DNA of 64,000 bases from NCBI GenBank assembly GCA_031414535.1, contig JANNVQ010000054.1:96001-160000 (forward strand). Reading direction: 5' to 3'. The first letter of the stretch is position 1. Every line of letters starts with the position of its first letter. Both the position numbers and the translations under genes were made by a program. The notes beneath the pieces are model-generated. The model saw nothing but the letters and a program-made list of their open reading frames with translations, was not told the origin of the DNA and did not search any database. Shown here piece after piece: positions 28,362-37,121 of this stretch. This DNA is from Gemmatimonas sp. (GTDB taxonomy: Bacteria > Gemmatimonadota > Gemmatimonadetes > Gemmatimonadales > Gemmatimonadaceae).

Positions 28362-28362
28362 C
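28329..28362. repeat. 12-bp tandem repeat (about 2.8 copies) at a gene junction
   Basis: (CTTGCTCACCTG)n, encoding MSKQVSKQVSK. Confidence 0.85.
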
Positions 28363-29092
28363 GCGCTTCTCCTAGCGCCGCACGGATCTCGGCCACATCG
28401 GCCACGGCCTTGGCATCTCGCGACATCAAGGCCAGCCCCACCATCCCCTCCGCGAGTTGTGAGCCGCTGAGTGTCGCGTATCGATCACGCAGCTTGCCGC
28501 CGCCAACTGCGGCGACGCCGGCGAGTAGGGCGGCCATGGCGCTCGCGAGGAATCGCTCGACGGGCCGGTCCTCAGGGCGGTCGTCGCCCGTGATAAAGGC
28601 GGGGCGCACGATTAGATACGGCAGCCCGCTTGCGAGTAGTTCACGCTCGAGGCGCCCACGCGCGGCGAGATACGGCGTGGGCGAAGGATCCTTGGCACCG
28701 ATGGCGGAGAGATACACGAAACGCGGCGAGTGCCCAGCGGCCATCGCGGCGTCCAACACCTGCTTGGTAAGTCCGTAGTCCACGCGCTCGTACGGCTTCT
28801 CAATGCCCTCTTGGGCGGCGCGGCGACGCGTCGTCCCGAGGCAGGAGAAAATCACCGTGGGTTTGTGCGCGGCAACCATTGCAGCAATCGCGGCCGGCTC
28901 CCAGGGCGACTCGTCCACCGTGGCGCCGAGTATACTGAATCGTTCGCGCCACGCGGCGGCGTCTGACGACCCGGGACGCAGGTGCGCGACCGTGCTTACG
29001 TTACGCGAGCGCAAGGCTGCGACGAGGGCGCTGCCCGTGTATCCTGTGGCCCCCACGACAAGGGCCTTGGCGGTTGAGAAGCTGGTAGCCAT
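28358..29092 (-). CDS. NAD(P)-binding Rossmann protein (atypical SDR, TIP30/YraR-like)
   Basis: VVGATGYTG, SCLGTT, VDYG, YLSAIG, IVRP. Confidence 0.82.
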   Translation of the reverse strand: MATSFSTAKALVVGATGYTGSALVAALRSRNVSTVAHLRPGSSDAAAWRERFSILGATVDESPWEPAAIAAMVAAHKPTVIFSCLGTTRRRAAQEGIEKPYERVDYGLTKQVLDAAMAAGHSPRFVYLSAIGAKDPSPTPYLAARGRLERELLASGLPYLIVRPAFITGDDRPEDRPVERFLASAMAALLAGVAAVGGGKLRDRYATLSGSQLAEGMVGLALMSRDAKAVADVAEIRAALGEAR

Positions 29093-29132
29093 CGCGCGGA
29101 AACTAGCGCCAAGTTCGTATCATTGTATCCCT

Positions 29133-30389
29133 ATGGCGACGACTGAGGTAGTAATCATCGGGGGCGGGCTCTCCGGGCTCGCGGCTGCACAGACGCTTTC
29201 CGCAGCGGGCCTCACTCCCCTGCTGCTCGAGGCGCAGTCCGAGGTGGGCGGACGCGTGGCGACGGATTCAGTAGATGGATTCCTGCTCGACCGCGGCTTT
29301 CAGGTCTTCCTAGACTCCTATCCCGAAGCGCGCCAGCAACTCGATCTGCCCGCGCTCCAACTGCGGCGCTTCGCCCCTGGCGCGCAGATTTGGCGCGGTG
29401 ACGGGTTTGGCCGCGTCGCGGACCCGTGGCGCGATCCGGTGGCCGGCGTCGGCTCGCTCTTCTCCGGTGTGTTCACGCTGGGGGATGCCTTCCGTATGCT
29501 CAAACTGCGCTCCGACAGCGTCCTCGCGCTCGAAGGTGATGCCATCGCTCACGGTGAGGAGACGGCCGCGCGTGCTCTGCACCGCCGTGGATTCTCCGAC
29601 CGCGCGATCGAAGGATTCTTCCGGCCATTCTTCGGCGGCGTCTTCTTGGATGGCCAACTCACCGCCCCGTTGCATTGGTTCAACTTCCTCTTTGGGATGT
29701 TCGCCACCGGGAGCGCGACCCTGCCCGCGGGCGGCATGCAGGCGATTCCTCGCCAACTGGCCGCCGCGCTCCCGCCGGGTTCGCTGCGACTGAACGCGCG
29801 GGTGCGTGCGCTCAATGGGCGCCGCGTGGAGCTCGCAGACGGCGAGGTAGTCGAGGCCAGGGCGGTTGTTCTCGCAACAGACGCAAGGCAAGCGTCGGTT
29901 TTGGTGCCCGGTTCACGCGCAACGTCGTGGGCGGCCTGTGCGACGCTCTACTACGCGGCGCCCGAGTCGCCGGTGGGAGCACCGCTGCTGGTGCTCAACG
30001 GCGCCGGACGCGGAGGACCTGTGAATCACGTGTGCGTCCCCAGCGATGTGCAAGCGAGTTACGCTCCGCCTGAGCAGGCGCTTATCTCAGCCACTGTTCT
30101 CGAGAACGCCAACGCCGACGACGGGGCGCTCGACCACGAAGCGCGGCTGCAACTGGCGCAGTGGTTTGGCGAGAAGCGGGTGCAGCACTGGCGCTTGCTG
30201 CGCGTGGCTCGCGTGCCGTTCTCGCTCCCCCGCAACCTGCCGCGGCCTGACGCGATTGCCGAGGCGGTGCGCATCTCGGACGGATTATACGCCTGTGGCG
30301 ACTACCTCGAGACGCCGTCCATCAACGGTGCACTCCGCAGCGGACGTCGCGCGGCGGAGGCACTATTGGCGGATCTCAGCCGGCGCTGA
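29133..30389 (+). CDS. FAD-dependent oxidoreductase (amine oxidase/phytoene-desaturase-like superfamily)
   Basis: IIGGGLSGL, EAQSEVGGRV, DRGFQVF, CGDYLETPSINGALRSGRRAA. Start set to ATG 29133. Confidence 0.85.
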   Translation: MATTEVVIIGGGLSGLAAAQTLSAAGLTPLLLEAQSEVGGRVATDSVDGFLLDRGFQVFLDSYPEARQQLDLPALQLRRFAPGAQIWRGDGFGRVADPWRDPVAGVGSLFSGVFTLGDAFRMLKLRSDSVLALEGDAIAHGEETAARALHRRGFSDRAIEGFFRPFFGGVFLDGQLTAPLHWFNFLFGMFATGSATLPAGGMQAIPRQLAAALPPGSLRLNARVRALNGRRVELADGEVVEARAVVLATDARQASVLVPGSRATSWAACATLYYAAPESPVGAPLLVLNGAGRGGPVNHVCVPSDVQASYAPPEQALISATVLENANADDGALDHEARLQLAQWFGEKRVQHWRLLRVARVPFSLPRNLPRPDAIAEAVRISDGLYACGDYLETPSINGALRSGRRAAEALLADLSRR

Positions 30390-30408
30390 GCACCGGCACA
30401 GGTGCTCA
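30387..30408. terminator. Hairpin between convergent genes
   Basis: TGAGCACC-ggcaca-GGTGCTCA; no U-tract. Confidence 0.45.
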
Positions 30409-30426
30409 GACGGCGTTGAGGACGCC

Positions 30427-31086
30427 TTAGACGGCGTTAAGCACGCCGCAGCCCAGCTGCTGCGCGTGGCAGGTGGCGAAGACGCCAGTCGGCATGCGAT
30501 AGATGCCGGCAATCAGATTGGCATTCACCAGCGCCGCTGCGTCCTGACGCGGAATCTTGCGATGGTTTGCGATGCGACCGGTGAAGTTGCGCAGGGCGAG
30601 GTCGCAGGCGAGCACGATGACACCGCGGGAAATCAGGGTGTCGAGTGCCCCGTCCGCCCACGTGAGCGCGTGCGGCGCGCCCACGGGAATGTTTACAAAC
30701 GGATTGCGCTTGGTGGGCTCACCGGTGACGGGATCCTTGAGCGTCGAGCCCTCGGCGAGAAATCCATCGGCCCACAGGGTGTCGTTCATCACCATCGGCA
30801 CGGCGCCGTGACGAATCACGAGCACAGCAGAGACATCGCGGTCCGCGAGCCCGTACACCTCTTTGTAGCCCTGAATGAACGAGCGCGCCTGATGCAGGCA
30901 CACGCCGTCCGAAATCTCATGCGCATCAAAGCACATCTTGTGGCGCCCGGTGACGCGCTCGGTCCAGGACATATCCCAGCTGCCCTGCGCGACGGGTGCA
31001 GGCGCCTGTGCCTCGAGGGAGCCCGCGGCCACCGTACCGGCGGCGAGAACAGAGGCTTTGCGGAGAAAATCGCGACGCTGCGTCAT
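30427..31086 (-). CDS. Tat-exported DsrE/DsrF-like protein
   Basis: Twin-arginine signal TQRRDFLRK; VIRHGAV; LACDLAL; ATGA overlap with lspA. Confidence 0.65.
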   Translation of the reverse strand: MTQRRDFLRKASVLAAGTVAAGSLEAQAPAPVAQGSWDMSWTERVTGRHKMCFDAHEISDGVCLHQARSFIQGYKEVYGLADRDVSAVLVIRHGAVPMVMNDTLWADGFLAEGSTLKDPVTGEPTKRNPFVNIPVGAPHALTWADGALDTLISRGVIVLACDLALRNFTGRIANHRKIPRQDAAALVNANLIAGIYRMPTGVFATCHAQQLGCGVLNAV

Positions 31087-31649
31087 TGCTCGGGGCTCTG
31101 GTCGGTGAGGGAAGTTACTTGGAGCGTACTCGCCACTCGGTCTTCGCGCCATAGGAGCAGGGCCAAGAGCGCGGCGCCACAGGTCACACCAATGTCGGCC
31201 ACGTTAAAGATCCAGAAGCGCCATCCCGACGTGCCGACGTCAATAAAATCCACGACGCCGAGGGTGTGGCGGAGACGATCTACGAGATTGCCGAGCGCGC
31301 CAGCCGTGATGAGGGCGAGCGCCAAGGGCACGGCGCGCGCATCCCGCGCGGTGCCGCGGAGCAGCCTGAAGAGGTACACGACCATCAGGATGGCCACGAT
31401 GCTGAAGAACGGACGCGACAGATTGCCAATCGAAAGGCTCATCGCCGCGCCGGTGTTGTACGTGAGCGTCCAGCGTAGCGCGGCACCGAGCACGTCCACG
31501 GGAACGTGCAACTCCAGCGCGCGTTCGGCCCAACGCTTGGTGATGACGTCGAGCGTCAGCACGCTGAGCATCACGGACCAGAAAATCAGGTCGCGGGAGC
31601 CGCGGACGGACTTCGCTGATGAGGGTGCGGTCAAGTCAGATTCGGTCAT
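31083..31649 (-). CDS. lspA: Lipoprotein signal peptidase II
   Basis: DVITK, YNTGAAMS, GALGNLVDR, VVDFID, FNVAD. Confidence 0.95.
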   Translation of the reverse strand: MTESDLTAPSSAKSVRGSRDLIFWSVMLSVLTLDVITKRWAERALELHVPVDVLGAALRWTLTYNTGAAMSLSIGNLSRPFFSIVAILMVVYLFRLLRGTARDARAVPLALALITAGALGNLVDRLRHTLGVVDFIDVGTSGWRFWIFNVADIGVTCGAALLALLLWREDRVASTLQVTSLTDQSPEQ

Positions 31650-31734
31650 GGCAGTCACAGAGTGCGTCAGTCGTCGTAATTTACCCCACGCTTCTCCCTC
31701 GGTGTACGCCGCACCGCGGGCGGGTGTTTCCTGA

Positions 31735-34248
31735 ATGCCTCTTTTAAACGCGCCCCTGCTTCCCGTTGATGAGGTGCTGCCTGCGCTGCAGGCTGCACTG
31801 GCGCAGCACGGTCACGCGGTGCTCGTGGCGGCGCCGGGGGCGGGCAAAACCACGCGCGTGCCTCTGGCACTGCTTGACGCGCCGTGGCGAGGGGACGGAC
31901 GCATCCTCGTGTTGGAACCGCGTCGGTTAGCGGCACGCGCCGCCGCCGAACAGATGTCGAGGCTGCTTGGCGAAGCGGTGGGGCGCCAGGTGGGCTACCG
32001 CGTGCGCTTAGAATCGCGGGTGAGCGCGCAGACGCGCGTCGAGGTCATCACGGAGGGCATCTTCACGCGGATGGTGCAGGAAGATCCGTCGCTCGAAGGC
32101 GTGGCAGCCGTGCTCTTCGACGAATTCCACGAGCGGCATCTGACGAGTGATTTGGGCTTGGCACTGGCGCTCGAGACGCGGCAGATACTGCGCGAGGATC
32201 TGCGCATCGTAGTGATGTCGGCGACGCTCGAGGCAGCGCCGGTGGCGCGATTGCTCAGCGCCGCGTCAGGAACGGAAGCGCCGACCATCGTCAGTGAGGG
32301 GCGCTCGTTTCCGGTGACCACCGAGCAGAGGCCAATGCGTGAGGGTATACCCTTTGCCCGCGCCGTGGCGCAGGCGGTACGCGCCGCTCGACGCGAGCAC
32401 CCGGGGGACGTGCTGGTGTTTTTGCCAGGCATCGCGGAGTTGCAGCGGACGAAGACTGCGCTCGAGGAGGAACAACTCGACGCACGGGTAGAACTGTTGC
32501 ACGGCTCGCTCACGCTTGAGGATCAGAACCGCGTGCTGCGGCCTCGCGAGACTGGTGCGCGAGTCATTTTGAGCACATCCATCGCGGAATCGTCGGTGAC
32601 GCTCGATGGTGTGCGCGTCGTGGTAGACGCTGGGCTCGCGCGCGTGCCGCGCTACGACCCGCGCAGCGGGATGTCGAGGCTGGAGACGGTTCGCGTGTCG
32701 CAGGCCTCGGCAGATCAGCGGCGTGGACGCGCGGGACGGACGGCGCCGGGACACTGCATTCGCCTCTGGGATGGAGCGCAGCACGCATCTCTGCCGGCGC
32801 GCAGTACGCCTGAGATGTTGGAAGCCGACCTCACCCCGCTCGCGCTCGAACTCGCGTGCGCAGGCGTGAGCGATGCATCCGCGCTGGCCTGGTTGGACCA
32901 GCCACCGCTGGGCGCACTCGCACAGGGTCGCGCACTGCTTCGCAACTTGGGCGCGCTCGATGCCGACGGGCGTGTAACCCCGCACGGTCGCGCGATGGCC
33001 GCGCTCGGTATCGCACCGCGATTAGCACATCTCGTGCTCATTGGTGCTGCGCAGGAGATGGCGACGCTTTCCTGCGAAGTGGCCGCGCTACTCGCCGAGC
33101 GTGACATCTTTCGGCGTGAGGCATCGGAGCAGGATGCCGATCTGCGCACCCGGGTGGACGCGCTGCGTGGACGCGAGCGCGCCGGTGCCGACGCAGGGCG
33201 TGCGCAGCGCGTGCGGCAGGAAGCACAGGCGCTCCGGCGCTCGCTCGCGAAAGCCAGCGACGCGGGGGAAGATTTGGACGCACTGGGAGAACTGGTCGCG
33301 CTCGCCTACCCGGACCGCGTGGCACAGCGGCGCAGCGGTGCCGCGCAACGATACCTGCTCCGCAACGGACGCGGCGCAAAGTTCGCGATGCAGCAGCCGC
33401 TTGGGCGTGCGCCTTTTCTCGCCATCGCGGACTTGGATGGCGACCCCGCCGAGAGTCGCATCTGGCTGGCCGCCGAACTGGATGAGGCCGCGCTACGGCG
33501 TGTAGCGGGACGTGCGGTCACTACGCGGCGTCAGGTGGAATGGGATGACGCGGTAGAGCGCGTGCGCGCCTCCGAGGTGGAATCGCTGGGGGCCATCACT
33601 CTGCGTGAACGGCCTTTGCGAGACGTGCTACCCGAAGATGTGTCCGCGGCCTTGCTGAGCGCGGTACGACGCCGCGGCATCGCGGCGCTCCCGTGGTCGG
33701 AGGCGGACGCGGCACTGCGCAAACGCCTGCAGTTTGCGCAACACCACATTGGCGATCCGTTTCCCGACGTCACCGATGCCGCATTGCTCGCACGCCTCGA
33801 TCACTGGTTGGGCCCCTCGCTCGTGGCCGCGCGCAGATGGTCCGACCTCGCGCAGCTATCTCTCGGCGACGCGTTGCTCGCCGCGCTTCCGTGGGCGCAG
33901 CGTGAGCGTTTGGATCGTGTGGCTCCAACTCACATCGAGGTGCCTAGCGGTTCACGTATCCGCGTAGACTACGAAGATCCGTCGCAGCCGGTGCTCGCGG
34001 TGAAGCTGCAAGAATGCTTCGGGATGACTGAGACTCCTCGGCTCGCCGAAGGACGCGTGCCGGTGACCATGCATCTGCTCTCGCCGGCCGGGCGCCCCGT
34101 ACAAGTGACCAAGGATCTCGCGAGCTTTTGGCGGGATGGATACTTCGAGGTCCGCAAGGATCTGAAGGGCCGCTACCCTCGGCACCCCTGGCCCGATGAC
34201 CCGCTCACAGCTCCCGCCACCCGACGCGCCAAGCCGCGCGGGACCTGA
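31735..34248 (+). CDS. hrpB: ATP-dependent RNA helicase HrpB
   Basis: GAGKTT, DEFHER, MSAT, QRRGRAGR, HrpB C-terminus LLSPAGRPVQVTKDLASFW...GRYPRHPWP. Confidence 0.96.
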   Translation: MPLLNAPLLPVDEVLPALQAALAQHGHAVLVAAPGAGKTTRVPLALLDAPWRGDGRILVLEPRRLAARAAAEQMSRLLGEAVGRQVGYRVRLESRVSAQTRVEVITEGIFTRMVQEDPSLEGVAAVLFDEFHERHLTSDLGLALALETRQILREDLRIVVMSATLEAAPVARLLSAASGTEAPTIVSEGRSFPVTTEQRPMREGIPFARAVAQAVRAARREHPGDVLVFLPGIAELQRTKTALEEEQLDARVELLHGSLTLEDQNRVLRPRETGARVILSTSIAESSVTLDGVRVVVDAGLARVPRYDPRSGMSRLETVRVSQASADQRRGRAGRTAPGHCIRLWDGAQHASLPARSTPEMLEADLTPLALELACAGVSDASALAWLDQPPLGALAQGRALLRNLGALDADGRVTPHGRAMAALGIAPRLAHLVLIGAAQEMATLSCEVAALLAERDIFRREASEQDADLRTRVDALRGRERAGADAGRAQRVRQEAQALRRSLAKASDAGEDLDALGELVALAYPDRVAQRRSGAAQRYLLRNGRGAKFAMQQPLGRAPFLAIADLDGDPAESRIWLAAELDEAALRRVAGRAVTTRRQVEWDDAVERVRASEVESLGAITLRERPLRDVLPEDVSAALLSAVRRRGIAALPWSEADAALRKRLQFAQHHIGDPFPDVTDAALLARLDHWLGPSLVAARRWSDLAQLSLGDALLAALPWAQRERLDRVAPTHIEVPSGSRIRVDYEDPSQPVLAVKLQECFGMTETPRLAEGRVPVTMHLLSPAGRPVQVTKDLASFWRDGYFEVRKDLKGRYPRHPWPDDPLTAPATRRAKPRGT

Positions 34249-34266
34249 CGCGCCGCTCGTGCTCGG

Positions 34267-34815
34267 TCAGCGCAACCAGCTCGGCCGTTCGATTCGCTGC
34301 CAACTCGACTCTCCGTGCGAATAGCCAAGCCACAGGGTGTCGCCCGCGGCTGTGGGAAACGCGCGGACCAGCTGGTTGGCACCACCAAATCCAAAGCGAT
34401 CTTTGCCGCCGTAGTTCGCCATCTGCTCGGCACTCAGTGCTGCGAGGTTGAACGGGGCAATTCCCTCAAGACCGTCGGTGTAGGCGTAAAGCGTACCGGC
34501 GCGCGTGGAGTCTTCGGCGTAGGTGGCAACGAAGAACTCGCCGCGTCCGTCGCCGTCAACATCGGCTGTGCCAATGAATCCCACAGTGCCCGTCCGCGTC
34601 TCGGTGAGCGCCTGGAGCGTGTCCGCCCCTCGCGTGAAGACCAACGTGAAGGAACCTGAGGCGCAGGACTCACCGGGGGGAATCACCACTTCTGCCGCTA
34701 AGTCACGGTACGAGAGGATTCGCGTGCCGAAGCAGGAGGTATCGGCAGTCGGCACCGGGGATTCGGGCTTGCAGGCCAGAGTCAAGACGGCGAGTGCAGC
34801 GGCAATGTGGCGCAT
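34267..34815 (-). CDS. Lipoprotein resembling PliI-family lysozyme inhibitors
   Basis: Lipobox TLAC; GESCASGSFTL, DVDGDGRGEF, NYGGKDRF, LVRAFP. Confidence 0.5.
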   Translation of the reverse strand: MRHIAAALAVLTLACKPESPVPTADTSCFGTRILSYRDLAAEVVIPPGESCASGSFTLVFTRGADTLQALTETRTGTVGFIGTADVDGDGRGEFFVATYAEDSTRAGTLYAYTDGLEGIAPFNLAALSAEQMANYGGKDRFGFGGANQLVRAFPTAAGDTLWLGYSHGESSWQRIERPSWLR

Positions 34816-34913
34816 CGGGGCTTCTCCGAGTCGGAATGTCTTGGGTCGTGTACTAGAATATATGAAGGCCCGCTCGCCCCTGCCTCAGTTCGGGCTGTCC
34901 CCCACTCTCCTCG

Positions 34914-37121
34914 ATGCCTCTCGTCATTCTCCGCGCCCTCGTCCTTCTACTGCTCGCCGCCGTCCCCGCGGCAGCCCAGAACGTCGAGTGCACGCGGTTT
35001 CGGCCGCGCGTCGAGAAGCTGAATATCGTCGGCAACAAGTCCATCAAGGACTTTGACCTTCAGCAGATTCTCTACACGGAGCGGGCGGGCCGCTTGCGCC
35101 GCTGGTTTGGCTGGAATGTTGGCAGCACCGCCTGCCTCGATACGCTCGAGCTTTCGCGCGATGAGCGTCGCATCGCTTCGTGGTACTCGATGCGCGGCTA
35201 TCCGGGGACTGCGGCCACGGCAACGGTCGCACGCACGAGTTCGCGCACCGCCATCGTGAAGTTTGTGGTGCGGGAGACGGCACCCGTGGTGATTGACTCG
35301 CTACGGCTCGTGGGCATTCCTGCCGGTGTACTGGACCGGGCGCGACTTGTGCGCACTCTGCGAGGCGCGCCGCTGGATGACTCCGTGCTCGTGGCCGTGC
35401 TCGATTCCGTACAGCAAATTCTGCGCGCTGAGGGCTACGCGCGAGCGCGCCCGCCAAAGCGGCAAGTGCAAGTAGACAGCGCGGCACGACGCGCCCGCGT
35501 TACGATGACCTTCACTCCTGGGAATCCAATTCGCGTCGGCGCAATTGAAGTCGCCATGACTTCCAATGGCGGCGGAAGCCCCGCGTTGGACGAGCCGGAC
35601 ATCCGCAAACTCCTCCGCTTTGAGCAAGGGGACATCTACAGCTCGCGTGCGGTGGCATCGAGTCAGCAGCTTCTCTACTCCTACGATCTCTATCGCACCG
35701 TTGCCATTGACACGCTGTCTGCGCAGTCTCGCGGCGACACGCTCCCCGTGCGGGTGCGATTAGTTGAGGGCCGCCACAACTCGCTACGCGTTGGCGCGGG
35801 CTGGGGCACTATCGACTGCTTCCGCACGCGCTCTCGCTTCGTCGAGCAAAACCTGCTCGGCCGCGGGCATCGGTTGCAGATGGATCTGCGCCTGTCCAAG
35901 ATCGGAGTCGGCGCACCGCTGAATGGATTCCCCGATCTCTGCGCGCCATCCGTGCGTGCCGACTCCTTTAGTCTCAAGCTCAACTACTACCTCGGGGCCA
36001 CCGTCTCCTTGCGCGGTGTCATCGGCGACCGCTGGCACCCGGTGGGCACGCTGTACAGTGAGCGTCGCACGGAGTTCCAAAGCTATGTGCGCGAAACGAG
36101 CATCGGCGCCGTAGGCTCCTTCGACCGGCCCATCGTGCCGCGCGTGAACACCACCTTCACCTATCGCTTCGATGCGGGCCGCACCACGTCCGATGCCGCG
36201 GTGTCCTGCGGTACCTTTGGCCTCTGCCGATTCAACGACCGGTTCCTACTCAACTCGCCGAGCGTGCTGCACGCTGCGGGCGCGACGTTCTCTCGCTCGG
36301 CGCCGTCGCTCACTGCGTTTGCCACGAATGACGAGCGGTGGGCCATCGAGTCGCGCATCGGCACCGTGCGCGTGGGTCGGCCAGGCACCCGCATCAACTT
36401 CAATCGGACGCAGTTAGAGTACGCGTTTTACCGGCCGCTCTCTCGCACTTTGATTGGCGCCGCACGTCTCTCGGCGGGGTTCATCGCCACTGCGCGCGAC
36501 TTGGAAGGCCTCGTGCCTCCGCAGGAGCGTTTCTACTCCGGTGGGCAGAACTCGGTGCGCGGTTACAACCAAGGCCAGCTTGGCCCCACGGTGTACATCG
36601 TGCGCGCGCCCACCGACACCATCTCGGTCGGTGGCCAAAGTGTGGGCATTGCTGATCCCGCCCGAGGATTTGATCGCACCTCGCCCGCTGGTGGCACAGC
36701 GTCCGCCCTGCTCAACCTCGAATTGCGATCGCGCGTCGGCTGGCCCACGGATCTCCTGCGCTGGGTGATCTTCCTCGACGCGGGGCGCGTCTGGAACAAC
36801 TCGGGTAATTACGCAGTGACCGGCTTGCGCGCCACGCCGGGAGTCGGCGTGCGCCTCGTGACGCCGCTCGGCCCGTTTCGAGTGGACATCGGCTACAACC
36901 CACATCAGCGCGAGGCCGGACCCGCGTTCTATCTGCAGCGCGCGACCTCCACTGTAGCCGGGCGAGCCATCTGCGTATCGCCGGGCAGCGTAGAACCATT
37001 GAATGATGCGGCTGCAGATGCACTGGGTCCCGTGGCCTGTCCGTCGTCCTTTCGCCCACCCGTGGCGCGCGGTTTGTTTCCCCGCCTGACCTTCCACTTC
37101 AGCATCGGCGAGGCCTTCTAG
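34914..37121 (+). CDS. tamA: Omp85 family (TamA-like) outer-membrane protein with POTRA domains
   Basis: POTRA repeats, FYSGGQNSVRGY, TPLGPFRVDIGY, C-terminal FHFSIGEAF; adjacent to tamB. Confidence 0.8.
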   Translation: MPLVILRALVLLLLAAVPAAAQNVECTRFRPRVEKLNIVGNKSIKDFDLQQILYTERAGRLRRWFGWNVGSTACLDTLELSRDERRIASWYSMRGYPGTAATATVARTSSRTAIVKFVVRETAPVVIDSLRLVGIPAGVLDRARLVRTLRGAPLDDSVLVAVLDSVQQILRAEGYARARPPKRQVQVDSAARRARVTMTFTPGNPIRVGAIEVAMTSNGGGSPALDEPDIRKLLRFEQGDIYSSRAVASSQQLLYSYDLYRTVAIDTLSAQSRGDTLPVRVRLVEGRHNSLRVGAGWGTIDCFRTRSRFVEQNLLGRGHRLQMDLRLSKIGVGAPLNGFPDLCAPSVRADSFSLKLNYYLGATVSLRGVIGDRWHPVGTLYSERRTEFQSYVRETSIGAVGSFDRPIVPRVNTTFTYRFDAGRTTSDAAVSCGTFGLCRFNDRFLLNSPSVLHAAGATFSRSAPSLTAFATNDERWAIESRIGTVRVGRPGTRINFNRTQLEYAFYRPLSRTLIGAARLSAGFIATARDLEGLVPPQERFYSGGQNSVRGYNQGQLGPTVYIVRAPTDTISVGGQSVGIADPARGFDRTSPAGGTASALLNLELRSRVGWPTDLLRWVIFLDAGRVWNNSGNYAVTGLRATPGVGVRLVTPLGPFRVDIGYNPHQREAGPAFYLQRATSTVAGRAICVSPGSVEPLNDAAADALGPVACPSSFRPPVARGLFPRLTFHFSIGEAF

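Noticed and set aside
28803..29132. Track N-terminal extension of the FAD oxidoreductase (likewise extensions at 19178, 41544 and 59026)
   Set aside because: They overlap opposite-strand genes or repeats; domain or signal-peptide starts lie downstream.
30046..31734. 562-aa plus-strand ORF
   Set aside because: Overlaps three well-supported genes; Arg/Ala-rich with no motifs.
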